DNA from: Thermoplasmata archaeon
GTDB lineage: Archaea > Thermoplasmatota > Thermoplasmata > Lutacidiplasmatales > UBA184
Reading direction: 5' to 3'
DNA length: 49,971 nucleotides
Assembly: GCA_028864975.1 (NCBI GenBank)
Contig: JAGWLG010000029.1
Span: forward strand, 1 to 49,971
This document shows positions 27,601 through 36,408 of this stretch, piece by piece; the first letter of the stretch is position 1, and each line of letters starts with the position of its first letter. Under the pieces are notes generated by a model that was not told where the DNA came from, searched no databases, and saw only the letters and a program-made list of their open reading frames with translations. A program made the translations under genes and the position numbers.

Positions 27601-30600
27601 GCTCGATCACCGCCCAGTACTCGGGCGACACCAACTACGCTGGGTCGACATCGTCCGCGCTCGCCCAGACGGTGGACAAGGGCCCTACCGGGGTGACGAC
27701 CGCGGTCTACGACGCAACCACCGGTAGCCCCTGGTCCGGAACGGAGGTCACCGGTGCCCGGGCCTACGACACCGCATCGCTCTCCGGCGAGCAGCTCGGC
27801 ATCAACCCCACCGGGACTGTGACGTATTCGCTCTATGCCGACGGGACGTGCTCGGGGGCCTCTCTCACGTCAAGCACGGTGGTGCTGTCGGGAGGTACGG
27901 TCCCTCCCAGCGGCCCAAGCCCGCCCTTGGGGGCAGGGGCCTTCGGTTTCACGGCGTCCTACCCAGGTGACACCAACTACGCCTCCTCCACCAGCACTTG
28001 CGAGGCGTTCAACGTGGGTCCATCTCCCTCGACCATCACCCTTGTCCCCTCGCCACTGGTGATCGACCAAGGAGAGGTCGCCACCTTGACGGCGACCGTG
28101 GTCAATCAGTACGGGAGCAGCACTCCCGCTCCGACCGGGACGGTCAGTTTCCTGGCCAACGCCGGAGCCGGTCCCGTGGCGCTCGGAACCTGCTCGCTGA
28201 CGACCGGTAGCTACGGGCATTGCACCCTCAACACCACCGCGATCCCTGCGGGGGGCTACGTGTGCGACGACTATGGCGGAGACAGCAACTACCAGGCCGT
28301 GGGCTACTTCTGCACCTCCGTGCAGACCGTCAATCCGTCCCTCGCCGCCCCGGGCGTTCCCCGGGTGAGCTCCACCCAGCTCGATTCGAGCCAGGTCCGC
28401 GGCCTTTGGGTCAACGGTACGCTCCCCTCCACCGGAACTCCGACGTACTCCTGGCAGTGGCTCATCTCCATCAACCATGGGGCGTTCGGGCCCAGCGCCG
28501 GCATCTGCACCACTGCCTCCGGATCAGGAGCCTCGGCGGGCTCGAAGGTCTCCTGCCAGTTCGCGGGGGGCTATGTCCCCCAGCAGGGGGTGCCCTACCG
28601 CTTCGAGTTGAACGTCACGGACAGCGCTTCCCTGCCGGAGAGCGTCAACTCCGCTCCCTCCCCGCTCGTGAGCGTTGCCGCCGACCTGGTCCCCGGGGCT
28701 CCGACTCCCATCCAGCCCACCCTGGACGCGGGCCAGACGGTCTTGTTGAACGCCCAGGCGTCCCAGGGTTGGGCGCCCTACGTCTATCAGTGGTACATGG
28801 GCCCGTCCCCCGACTGCTCGGTCGATTCCGCGGTGGGAGGGGCCGACCAGGCCGCTCTTTCCGCCAGCCCCTCCGCGAACGTGTACTACTGCTACGGGGT
28901 GTCCGACTCGGCCAATGTGTCGGAGTCCGGGCTTTCCGCGACGGACCTGGTGCTCGTGGACCCTGCGCTCGGTCCGGCCTCGCTCTCAACCTCACGGAGC
29001 GCCCTCGATGTCGGGCAGTTGGTGCTCCTGTCGGTCAGTACGTCGGGAGGGTCGGGGGTCTACCATTACGGCTGGGCCGGACTTCCCCGCGGCTGCGCCA
29101 CCGCGGACACGGCCCAGTTGACCTGCTACCCCTCGGCGGCGGGAGCGTTCTCGGTCAGGGCCTGGACGAACGATACGAACGGAGCCTCGGTTAGCGCAAC
29201 GCTCTGGCTCACAGTTTCCGCCGACCCCACCATCACGACCCCGACCACCCCCAGGATGGACCTCGACGTGGGGCAGAGCACGCCCCTCTCCTTCCTGGCC
29301 ACCAACGGCACCGGACTCTGGTCGATCTTGGCCTGGGCGGGCCTTCCTTCAGGATGCGGGAGCGTCAACGGGACGACCTTGACGTGCGCACCGGGCGTGG
29401 CCGGCACCTACTCCGTGAGCGCTTCGATCACGGACTCCAACGGGATGACGGCCTCCTCCGGGAGCGTCACCCTGATCGTCTCGCCCGCGCTGGTGACCCC
29501 TTCCATCGCCGCCTCCCGGACCACCCTGGATGTGGGCCAGTCCGTCCTTCTGTCCGCTTCGGTCTCGGGAGGGACAGGGAGCTACACGTACACTTGGGGA
29601 CCGCTCCCGGCCGGATGCACGGCCTTCCACGCCGCGTCGTTGACCTGCACCCCCACCTCCGTCGGAGCCGGGAGCTTTGCGACCACCGTGATGGTGACGG
29701 ACGGGAACGGGGCGAGCCTCACCAGCCCCAGCACCACCCTCACGGTTTCCGCGGACCCGACCGTCTCCGCTCCCTCTTCCACGAGGATGAGCCTGGACCT
29801 GGGTCAGGTCGCGGTCCTGTCCGCCACGGCGACGAACGGGACCGGCTTACCCTCCTCCTACGCCTGGGCAGGTCTCCCCACGGGATGCCCCTCGGCCGAT
29901 GCCCCCGCCCTCACCTGTGTTCCCAGCGGGACCGGAACCTACCTGGTCACGGTCTCCATCCAGGATTCGAACGGAATGGGGGTGTCTTCGGCGCCGCTGA
30001 CCCTGATCGTCTCCTCCCGCATGGGATCGCTCGACCTTTCGAGCTCGGTCGCGGCCTTGGATGTGGGGCAGTCCGTCGCCCTCTCGGTCGCGGTCGCAGG
30101 CGGTGCGGCCCCGTACACGTACATCTGGAACGTAGCGTCGTTCCCGACCCAAGGTTGTAGCGGTCTCGGGGCGGTCCTGACGTGTACCGCCGCGCTCGCC
30201 GGACCTGCCACGGTGATGGTCACGGTCACGGACAGCAATGGGGTCAACCTCACCAGCTCTGCGCTAAAGCTGACGGTCTCGGCCCGTCTCATCCCCGGCA
30301 GCATCGCTCTGGACCCCGCGACCCTGGACCTTGGTCAGGCGACGAAGCTGGCGGCGAGCGTGGCGGGTGGATCAGGAGGGCTGACCTATGCTTGGAGCGG
30401 TCTTCCTTCGGGGTGCAGCGCCAGCAGTTCGGTCAATCTCACGTGCACGCCCTCGGTCTCCGGGACCTCGTGGGTGATGGTGGCGGTCACGGACTCGAAC
30501 GAGGCGACCGTGGTCGATGGACCCGTGTCTCTGGTGGTCTCCCCGACCCTGGGGACCGTGAGCGTCTCGGTCAGCGCCACCACCTTGGAGGTCGGAGGCG

Positions 30601-31082
30601 TCGTGAGCTTCACCGCGAGCGTCGTGGGCGGCACGGCCCCGTTCGTCTACAGTTGGAGCGGTCTCCCGACGGGATGCACCACCTTCGACACGCCAACCAT
30701 GACCTGCGAACCGACGGCCACGGGGGTGTACTCGGTCTCGGTCAAGGTCACGGACGCGACGGGAGCGAGCGTGACCTCCTCAGCTCAGTCCGTGACGGTG
30801 ACGAAGGCCCCTGCGCCAGCGGCGACAGGACTCTCGAACGGGCTGGACTGGTCGATCCTCGCGCTGGCGCTCGTCGCCTTGGTCATAGGCCTGATGGGGA
30901 TGTTTCTGGCCCTCCGGAGCAAGGGACCACGAACGGCAGCGAAGGAGAAGGAGGCGAGCAGGGAGGAACGAGGCTCGGACCTGAAGGAGGGTGCCAAGCC
31001 GACCTCGGAAGCGCCCGAGACTTCCAGGGAGGGAGAAGCGGGCGCGGAAGCTGAGTCCCGCGGGGAGATGAGCGAGAGATAG
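24663..31082 (+). CDS. Large membrane-anchored surface protein/adhesin (69-aa repeats, Ig-like domains, C-terminal TM)
   Basis: 2139 aa, Ser/Thr/Gly-rich, with an N-terminal hydrophobic signal, 10 repeats of about 69 aa, Big_3-like domains, 7 W.GLP.GC...LTC.P Ig/PKD-like repeats and a C-terminal TM (WSILALALVALVIGLMGMFLAL) followed by a charged tail. Confidence 0.9.
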   Translation: MRTSARSMTVSDLSRHLPVPSSLHALRVIAFCSVLVGLVILSGLAGAFASAAAPQEQNPRDGPTIAEEKGAAVGASSLPSAHAGGGPSDRSAHTPSAFRHTVPLSASEVPASSAKHPVPLPMAPPSTVSVGASPTPSEVAPSSSSRSQARADGVAVPTVTPSVSCSTSGSTLQVTVSSGTASDTLLVATSGGAWAITFDGSAVCVGESYTTFPMITVSEVPTPATPTTFQPGTTTGLTFGGAAGSSNVLDLSGESSGLTVAVNGNSATNPGTVTGTGVSDSFSGITTVDGSSAGGTTFQPGSATGVTLVGAAGSSNVLDLSGESTGLTVAVNGDSTASPGTVTGTGLSDSFSGITTVDGSSAGGTTFQPGTATGVTFVGPAGSSNVLDLSNEPSGLTVTVNGDSTASPGTVTGTGLSDSFSGITTVDGSSVGGTTFQAGSASGILFVGQGGSSTLDLPSSASLLTVGVNGDSAASPGTLTGGGLSDNFEGVTSMVGNTGSGGATFQAGGATGLTFVGAGSGPNSLSLATETAPFTVAMNADTSTTPGSVTGSGVSDAFYGMSSVTGSPGGTTFQPGTAPSVSLIGVGSATTLDLSSEPSGLTVAVSSGSGTLSGTGISDTFSGISTFVGSSAGGTRFQPGNGAGMSFAGQGVGNTLDLSSGPSGLTVAVNGDSTTSLGTVTGTGLSDSFSAITTVDGSSAGGTTFQPGSATGLTFVGTGSGNVLDLSAEPSGLTVAMNGDSFTNLGSVTGSSLSDSFSGVTTVDGSSSGGTTFQPGTATGVTFAGAVGSTNTLDLLADPSGLTVAVNGDSSANPGTITGSSLSDSFSMVTTVNGSSVGDTTFVTGSLGGLTFSGQGTSNTLDFSGAPAGATVTLSGTPAAYSGTISGLNPGAMGSTTDTFAGIQFFVPAFSTSTSVASSLDPSSFGQAVAFTATVSPTDGGGTVTFYDGTTAICSAVTLASSGSGYQATCTTSSLGVGTRSITAQYSGDTNYAGSTSSALAQTVDKGPTGVTTAVYDATTGSPWSGTEVTGARAYDTASLSGEQLGINPTGTVTYSLYADGTCSGASLTSSTVVLSGGTVPPSGPSPPLGAGAFGFTASYPGDTNYASSTSTCEAFNVGPSPSTITLVPSPLVIDQGEVATLTATVVNQYGSSTPAPTGTVSFLANAGAGPVALGTCSLTTGSYGHCTLNTTAIPAGGYVCDDYGGDSNYQAVGYFCTSVQTVNPSLAAPGVPRVSSTQLDSSQVRGLWVNGTLPSTGTPTYSWQWLISINHGAFGPSAGICTTASGSGASAGSKVSCQFAGGYVPQQGVPYRFELNVTDSASLPESVNSAPSPLVSVAADLVPGAPTPIQPTLDAGQTVLLNAQASQGWAPYVYQWYMGPSPDCSVDSAVGGADQAALSASPSANVYYCYGVSDSANVSESGLSATDLVLVDPALGPASLSTSRSALDVGQLVLLSVSTSGGSGVYHYGWAGLPRGCATADTAQLTCYPSAAGAFSVRAWTNDTNGASVSATLWLTVSADPTITTPTTPRMDLDVGQSTPLSFLATNGTGLWSILAWAGLPSGCGSVNGTTLTCAPGVAGTYSVSASITDSNGMTASSGSVTLIVSPALVTPSIAASRTTLDVGQSVLLSASVSGGTGSYTYTWGPLPAGCTAFHAASLTCTPTSVGAGSFATTVMVTDGNGASLTSPSTTLTVSADPTVSAPSSTRMSLDLGQVAVLSATATNGTGLPSSYAWAGLPTGCPSADAPALTCVPSGTGTYLVTVSIQDSNGMGVSSAPLTLIVSSRMGSLDLSSSVAALDVGQSVALSVAVAGGAAPYTYIWNVASFPTQGCSGLGAVLTCTAALAGPATVMVTVTDSNGVNLTSSALKLTVSARLIPGSIALDPATLDLGQATKLAASVAGGSGGLTYAWSGLPSGCSASSSVNLTCTPSVSGTSWVMVAVTDSNEATVVDGPVSLVVSPTLGTVSVSVSATTLEVGGVVSFTASVVGGTAPFVYSWSGLPTGCTTFDTPTMTCEPTATGVYSVSVKVTDATGASVTSSAQSVTVTKAPAPAATGLSNGLDWSILALALVALVIGLMGMFLALRSKGPRTAAKEKEASREERGSDLKEGAKPTSEAPETSREGEAGAEAESRGEMSER
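25341..27370 (+). repeat. Intragenic tandem repeat, about 207-bp unit, 10 copies
   Basis: The ac(c/g)acgttccaacccgg anchor recurs at about 25341, 25548 and 25755 (207-bp period). There are ten TTFQ-like anchors in the protein. Confidence 0.9.
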
Positions 31083-31156
31083 GGTGCTGGACAGGAGGCC
31101 CGGGATGGCGGAGGTCGCCCGTCAAGCGCGTCCTGGGACCGGCCGCCCTGGCCCCC

Positions 31157-31345
31157 TCAGTGCGAGGCGAAGTGGGCCGTGGCGACACAGCCCGCCCCCG
31201 CGACGCCGAGGAAGAAACCGAAGGTCAGGTCAACGATCTGGTGGGTCTCGAGCCCGCTGACGAGCGTTACGGGGCCCCACACGAGAACGAGTGCGCCAAG
31301 GATGCCGAACTCGAAAGGCGGGACGCGGCGGTGGGAAACCCGCAT
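31157..31345 (-). CDS. Small two-TM membrane protein
   Basis: 62 aa with two hydrophobic segments (FGILGALVLVWGPVTLV; LTFGFFLGVAGAGCV). Confidence 0.55.
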   Translation of the reverse strand: MRVSHRRVPPFEFGILGALVLVWGPVTLVSGLETHQIVDLTFGFFLGVAGAGCVATAHFASH

Positions 31346-31420
31346 GAGACGTCAGAGCCCCTGGAAGTGATGTACCTCGCTCTTCGAGATGAACTCACGA
31401 AAGCGAACCTAGGGCAGGAC

Positions 31421-32473
31421 TTACCCCGACCGAGCCGGGGGGGGTGGGGTAGAGACGGGGGGCGCCGGCCCGGACCACGGGGGAATCCCTCCTCCGGGAG
31501 CGGGGGGGTCCCTGATCCTTCGGAGCGAGTGCGCGAGGACGAGGAGGCCCCCGAGCACGACCGCCGGACCTGCCGCTTCGACCAAGAAGCTCTCTAGGTA
31601 CAGGAGTCCATTCACTCCCGGTGGTCCCAGGACCGTGTGGTACCAAAGGACATCCAACGCCAGCAGCACCACCCAGCCCCCCGTGACGATGAGGACACCC
31701 CGTAGAACACCTGTTAGCTCGGCCCGAGGCGCGACGGCCCTAAGGGCCCGCAGAAGCGTCTCGCCTGCCACGAGCGTTCCCAGTATCGCCATGACATAGG
31801 CAATCACAGCGAGGACGAGAAAGATGGACTCGAGAACGGCGTCGGCGGAGGACTGGCCCCAACTGATCGCGGTCTGCCAGAGGAAGTCGAAAACGAAAGG
31901 GAGGCGGGAAAGCTCGAGGATCGAGAAGCTCGCGATCCCCAGGGCCACGGACGTGTAGAAAGTACGGAGCCCGCGCAGGGGGGGCGCCATCGGCCCTGTC
32001 ATGCGCCGTTCAGACGCGATGCCCTCCAGGAGGCTGTAACGCCATAGGGCGGCGGCTGCGACCTCCAGGGAGAGGGCGGCAGCTGTGAAGGGCACGGGCA
32101 GCAAGTTGGCCTCGACCAAACCATTGATGCCGGTCCAGTAGCCGGGCGTGGAGAGCCACACCCAGAAGACGAGCAAGGAGACGATCTCGAGCAGAGTCGC
32201 GATGATGGTCAAGCGGACGGCGGTGATCGTCCTCGCGACCGTCCTGGAGGGGGGCTCCCCCAGGCGAGCGTACGGGTCGGCCCGCGGGGCGCGGAGCAGA
32301 AGGAGGGGAAGGCCTATCGCGAAAAGGATCGCGCCCCAAAACAGAGGCGGGCTACCAAGCTCTTCGCAAGCCCCCCAGATTGTGGGACAGACGACCATGA
32401 AGGTCTCGATGACACCGACGATGAGCAGGAGAAGGCCGAGCACCACCAGGGCCGCACCGATCAGCCGACGCAC
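31421..32473 (-). CDS. Multi-pass membrane protein with Pro-rich C-terminus
   Basis: 350 aa with about 8 hydrophobic segments; the N-terminal hairpin has a CPTIWGAC loop. Confidence 0.75.
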   Translation of the reverse strand: MRRLIGAALVVLGLLLLIVGVIETFMVVCPTIWGACEELGSPPLFWGAILFAIGLPLLLLRAPRADPYARLGEPPSRTVARTITAVRLTIIATLLEIVSLLVFWVWLSTPGYWTGINGLVEANLLPVPFTAAALSLEVAAAALWRYSLLEGIASERRMTGPMAPPLRGLRTFYTSVALGIASFSILELSRLPFVFDFLWQTAISWGQSSADAVLESIFLVLAVIAYVMAILGTLVAGETLLRALRAVAPRAELTGVLRGVLIVTGGWVVLLALDVLWYHTVLGPPGVNGLLYLESFLVEAAGPAVVLGGLLVLAHSLRRIRDPPAPGGGIPPWSGPAPPVSTPPPPARSG

Positions 32474-32527
32474 GCGAAGGGATCGTTCTTCGTGAGTAAG
32501 AACCTCGCGCCGACCGGGGGGACGGGG

Positions 32528-32974
32528 TCATCCTTTGTTCAGAGCGCGTCGGACGGCGGTGAGCCTTCCGGGCGTGAACTCGAGCCTCGGGAGGTCCGCA
32601 AGGCCTACCCAGCGGTACTCGGTGTGCTCTGCCGGGTCTACACGGACCGAGGGCCGCTCACTTACCCGACTGAAGAACACGGTCTCCCACACCCGCCGCT
32701 CGGGCCACGGGTAGGTCTGGAGCGTGGTGCCTGCGGGTCGGTCCTCCAATGGATTGCCTTCTTGGAGCGGCTCGGCCGTTTCGATGTCGAGCCCGGTTTC
32801 CTCTCGCAGCTCGCGCAAGGCACCTTCGAGGGGAGTTTCGCCCCCCTCGAGACGTCCTCCCGGCAGATCCCAGCATCCGGCCCAGACGAGATCGGTGAGC
32901 ACGCGGCGTAGGATGAGCACGGAGCGGTCGTGGACCACGGCCACCGAGGCGACCCGGACGGTCGAGGCGCTCAC
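32528..32974 (-). CDS. NUDIX hydrolase (MutT-like)
   Basis: Canonical Nudix box GGRLEGGETPLEGALRELREETGL, with WDLPGG upstream and an EHTEYRW segment. The likely start is GTG 32974. Confidence 0.9.
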   Translation of the reverse strand: MSASTVRVASVAVVHDRSVLILRRVLTDLVWAGCWDLPGGRLEGGETPLEGALRELREETGLDIETAEPLQEGNPLEDRPAGTTLQTYPWPERRVWETVFFSRVSERPSVRVDPAEHTEYRWVGLADLPRLEFTPGRLTAVRRALNKG

Positions 32975-32975
32975 A

Positions 32976-33362
32976 CTAGGAGGAGAGCACCCCTCGCACA
33001 TCAACCCCCGCGGCGGGAGGGACGGGGGGCGCGGTCACTGCGGCGAGTCCCGGGGGGCGCGGCGCACGCCGCGGGGCTCTCAGGTTCAAGCGGAGTGCGG
33101 GACATGGACCGGCTGTGAGGATGGGCCCGGGGGTCGCGGGCGACGGGGGCCCGCAGGGTGGGGAGGCGAAGATGAAGAGCAACCCCCCCAGTGCCAAGGC
33201 GATAGCGCCTACTCCGGGCATCCACTGGCCCTAGTCACATCCGCCGCGGGCAACCCCGTTGAGGCATGGGATGAGGCTCTCGATCCCCGCTGGAACAAGA
33301 AAGATGCCACCCAACCCGAGAAGCACTACACCGAGGTCCCGGATCGCGTCATGTCCGCGCAT
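32976..33362 (-). pseudogene. Two-TM membrane protein gene interrupted by an in-frame TAG
   Basis: One frame reads MRGHDAIRDLGVVLLGLGGIFLVPAGIESLIPCLNGVARGGCD*GQWMPGVGAIALALGGLLFIFA..., with TAG at 33231-33233 between two TM helices. Confidence 0.5.
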
Positions 33363-33625
33363 GTGAAGCGGAAAGCCCCCGAGGCTTTGGCCCTTCCTCA
33401 GGGGGGACCATCCCTGGGGGAGCCTCCGTGGCGGGGGCCCGGGCCGCCGCGTCTCGGCCAGCCGTAAGAGATGCTCAAGGGAGCACGCGAGAGTCGGACT
33501 CCAATCGAGGTGGGAGCGGGTGGACGCGGGCGGACCCGGGGGGGTTCCCTCGGCCTTCCCGAGCTGCCCTTCCCCACACCCCACTGACCGCGAGGGAAGG
33601 CCGAGGGCGCGTGGGGGGGGTGCCC

Positions 33626-34072
33626 TCAGTAGATCCAGCGCTGACTGGGGGGGTGCCATGGAACGGGGGTTGGAAGCCTCGTGCGAAGGGCCCGCATGAC
33701 CCGAGGGGATACTCGGACCCGGGCTCCCCCGCGGAAGACGACCTCGTAGTACGCGGGGTCGTTCGGGTCGAGCACGCCCACCTTCTCAACGGCCTCCCAA
33801 GGCTCCTTGGTCCGTCGATGGAGCAGGTGCATCGGGCCCCAGTCGAGGACGAACCCGCCTTGGGTGATGGCGTAGCGTGGGGGGAGCGTCCTTTGGGTGC
33901 CGAGGACCCAGACCGAGTATCCGATGATCACGACGGGCCAGAGGACGAACCCGAAGGTGACCCCGAAGACGAGGATAAGCGCGAAGAGAGCGGAAAAAAA
34001 GAACAGGCCGTTGCCCGCGAAGAACCGGACCACGTAGGAGTCGAACTCCGCGTTGACCAGGAGCTCGGCCAC
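33626..34072 (-). CDS. Membrane protein, two TM helices plus small soluble (PH-like?) domain
   Basis: Hydrophobic LFFFSALFALILVFGVTFGFVLWPVVIIGYSVWVL is followed by a beta-rich tail (RYAITQGGFVL...EPWEAVEKV...YEVVF). The start was re-assigned to GTG 34072. Confidence 0.6.
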   Translation of the reverse strand: MAELLVNAEFDSYVVRFFAGNGLFFFSALFALILVFGVTFGFVLWPVVIIGYSVWVLGTQRTLPPRYAITQGGFVLDWGPMHLLHRRTKEPWEAVEKVGVLDPNDPAYYEVVFRGGARVRVSPRVMRALRTRLPTPVPWHPPSQRWIY

Positions 34073-34209
34073 GCAGGTGGAGGCACGAGGTGACGGAAGA
34101 ACTCTGCGACGCGGGCGACCTTCGGGGGGCCGAGCTTGATGACCTCGCGCGCGCTGTAGGGTACTCGACGGGAGCCCCGTAGGCGCGGTTTTGCGGGCTC
34201 CCGACAACC

Positions 34210-34797
34210 ATGAGCGCAAGCTCCATCAGCGACCCTCGGTCCTCACCGACCGCCGTCGTGGGGGCCTACCGACGTCCGCCACGTCGCCAACGAGGCTGGT
34301 GGGTGGGCTCGCTAGCGGTGGCGACACTGGTCGCCCTCGGAACGGTGTATTATCTGAACGAGCAGTCCACCTTCGGCACCCTTCCGTGCGGGCCTGGCGG
34401 CCAGTTTGGGGCCGTACTTGGTATTTCGTCGATCGGAGGGACAGAGGCCTTTGTCAATGTGAGCTACCAGTTCGGCTGCTCGTTGAGCGCGAAGGAGGCC
34501 ACCCTGAACCTGACGTCCACGCTGCACCCCGCGATCTTCCTCTGCGGGCACGCCGGGGGCGCGGGGGACCCCTACAACGAGTCCGTCGGTGGAGTACGCG
34601 GGGGGTTTTGGACGGCCGGCCAAGTGTGGAGCCTTCACCTCGTCGGGGGGCCCGGCGGGACGGTCTGTGGGAGTCCGCCGGACCTGTCGTCGTGCGGGGA
34701 CAACGTGACCGTGACCATTCGAAACGCCGAGATGGCCGGTACGGTCCTGTTCCAGGTAACCCTGCCTGGGCTAGTACCTATCTCGGGTTGTCCCTAG
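34210..34797 (+). CDS. Membrane-anchored exported protein, possibly archaeal pilin-like
   Basis: Basic RRPPRRQRG is followed by a hydrophobic helix and a Cys/Gly-rich beta domain containing N-X-S/T sequons (NVS, NLT, NES, NVT). Confidence 0.65.
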   Translation: MSASSISDPRSSPTAVVGAYRRPPRRQRGWWVGSLAVATLVALGTVYYLNEQSTFGTLPCGPGGQFGAVLGISSIGGTEAFVNVSYQFGCSLSAKEATLNLTSTLHPAIFLCGHAGGAGDPYNESVGGVRGGFWTAGQVWSLHLVGGPGGTVCGSPPDLSSCGDNVTVTIRNAEMAGTVLFQVTLPGLVPISGCP

Positions 34798-34892
34798 GTT
34801 GGTGGTCGGTGTGCGGCGCACCCCGAATGCGGGGGAGGGGGCGTCCGCGGTGGGGACTCGGTGCGCATCCGCCAGGCGACCGCGAACGCCGC

Positions 34893-35420
34893 TCAGTTCG
34901 TTTTCACCGCGGGTCCGACCATGATCTTGCCCGTAGCATTACGCTGGGAGGGGCGGAGGCTCGACCTCCGCGCCAGCAGGTGGCCGACGACCGCGAGCAC
35001 GCATCCGATCGTGAGGAGGGTCCACCCAATGGACGCGGGAGGCAGGAGCACGCGGCCCGCTTCAAAGGGGTCGTGGAGAGCCCACACGGCTTGCCACCCA
35101 AGGACCCCACTGGAACCGAGGGCCCCCACGATGGAGGCTCTTCGGTAGGCCGGACCCCGGCGGAAAGGGAGCGCGGTCATGGCTCCAAGCGCCACGAGGG
35201 GCACACCGAAGAGGGGGGAGAGGACCGAGGCGAGCGGGCACGTCCCAAGCAGAAAGCATTCGGTCGGTGCCTCGAGCACCATCAGGAGGACCGAGGACGC
35301 GACGACCAGCACGCCTCCCGCGAGGGTTAGGAGCCAGGGACGACCTCGCTCGGGGGACCCGCGGGAAGGGTCCAGGGACGGAGACGCTCCCACCTCCATG
35401 GCAAGAGCGACCAGGGGCAC
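34893..35420 (-). CDS. Four-TM membrane protein
   Basis: Four hydrophobic segments; the first loop contains CFLLGTC. Confidence 0.65.
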   Translation of the reverse strand: MPLVALAMEVGASPSLDPSRGSPERGRPWLLTLAGGVLVVASSVLLMVLEAPTECFLLGTCPLASVLSPLFGVPLVALGAMTALPFRRGPAYRRASIVGALGSSGVLGWQAVWALHDPFEAGRVLLPPASIGWTLLTIGCVLAVVGHLLARRSSLRPSQRNATGKIMVGPAVKTN

Positions 35421-35578
35421 CGGTCAGCATCAATGTTCGGGGAGAAGTGGAGCAGGACACGTAGCGAGGCGGGTCGAACGACGGTGCCCGGGGGAGCCGA
35501 CCGAGGACCAAGGGCGAGCGCGGGTAACGCCTCCCGCGTCGGGTTCTTGCCGTTGAGCGTCATGGTCCATGCGTTGCC

Positions 35579-35803
35579 ATGACGCTCACGTTGCCCGCGA
35601 AATGCGACGAGTGTGGCGCGTCGACCGAAGTCTCGGTCACCATTGGGTATCAGGGGCGGCTCCGGCCGGGCTGGCTGATGCTCAGGGATGGGGGAGGGGT
35701 CGGGGCCCACGCCGGGGTCGTGTGGTGCTCGAAGGAGTGCCAGCGGAAGGGTTTGGCCCGTCGTCGTGTGATGGAGGGGCCCCCGGCGGCGGACCGTGCG
35801 TGA
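35579..35803 (+). CDS. Small putative Zn-binding protein
   Basis: 74 aa with CDEC near the N-terminus and WCSKEC near the C-terminus. Confidence 0.55.
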   Translation: MTLTLPAKCDECGASTEVSVTIGYQGRLRPGWLMLRDGGGVGAHAGVVWCSKECQRKGLARRRVMEGPPAADRA

Positions 35804-35940
35804 GGCTCCTCGAGGGCCCGACCGCCTATATGCGAGGTGAGGAGGGTCGGGAGCAGTTCTCCCGGCCCCAGAGCGCCGTGCGCGAGGCAGGCGGGGAAGG
35901 GGCCACATATTCATGGCATGGCGGAGCATTGGCGGAGTCC

Positions 35941-36408
35941 GTGAAGCCTCTCCGACGGCGCGACGGGGCCATCGGCCTCGGGGTCCTGAACACGTGGGTC
36001 GCGGGGGCGATGGTCTGGACCTGGTGGCAAGGGGGAGTGGGATACTCGACCCCCGACGACCTCGCATTCTACCTTGGCCTCGCCCCCCTGATCGTTGGCT
36101 CCCTCGCGGGATACGTCGGGGCGCGGTGGCGGACCCACTGGGTGGCGCTTGCTTCGGGTCTGACGATGGGTCTGCTCGCGGCGGCCACCGTGCCCACGGC
36201 TGAGGCCCTAGTTGCGGGCCCAAAGGTCGGAGCGCTCGCCGCGGGATGGGCGGCCCTCCTCTGCTCCATGCCGCTCGAGGACCCGCGGTCGGGCTCCGCG
36301 AAAGCCCGGCCGGCGTCGCTCGGGGAAGACCGCGTGGGCGACCTCCCGAAACTCGCGGACCGACCGGCTGGGGCAGACGAGCGAAGCGACCGGGCAATGG
36401 GTGGATAG
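35941..36408 (+). CDS. Four-TM membrane protein
   Basis: From GTG 35941 (MKPLRRRDGAIGLGVLNTWVAGAMVWTWW...); four hydrophobic segments and a charged tail. Confidence 0.6.
   Translation: MKPLRRRDGAIGLGVLNTWVAGAMVWTWWQGGVGYSTPDDLAFYLGLAPLIVGSLAGYVGARWRTHWVALASGLTMGLLAAATVPTAEALVAGPKVGALAAGWAALLCSMPLEDPRSGSAKARPASLGEDRVGDLPKLADRPAGADERSDRAMGG

Noticed and set aside
33231-33233. Pyrrolysine (amber) recoding
   Set aside because: TAG is used as an ordinary stop by several intact genes here (HAD, lhr, the Cdc48-N fusion) and no pyl genes are in the window.
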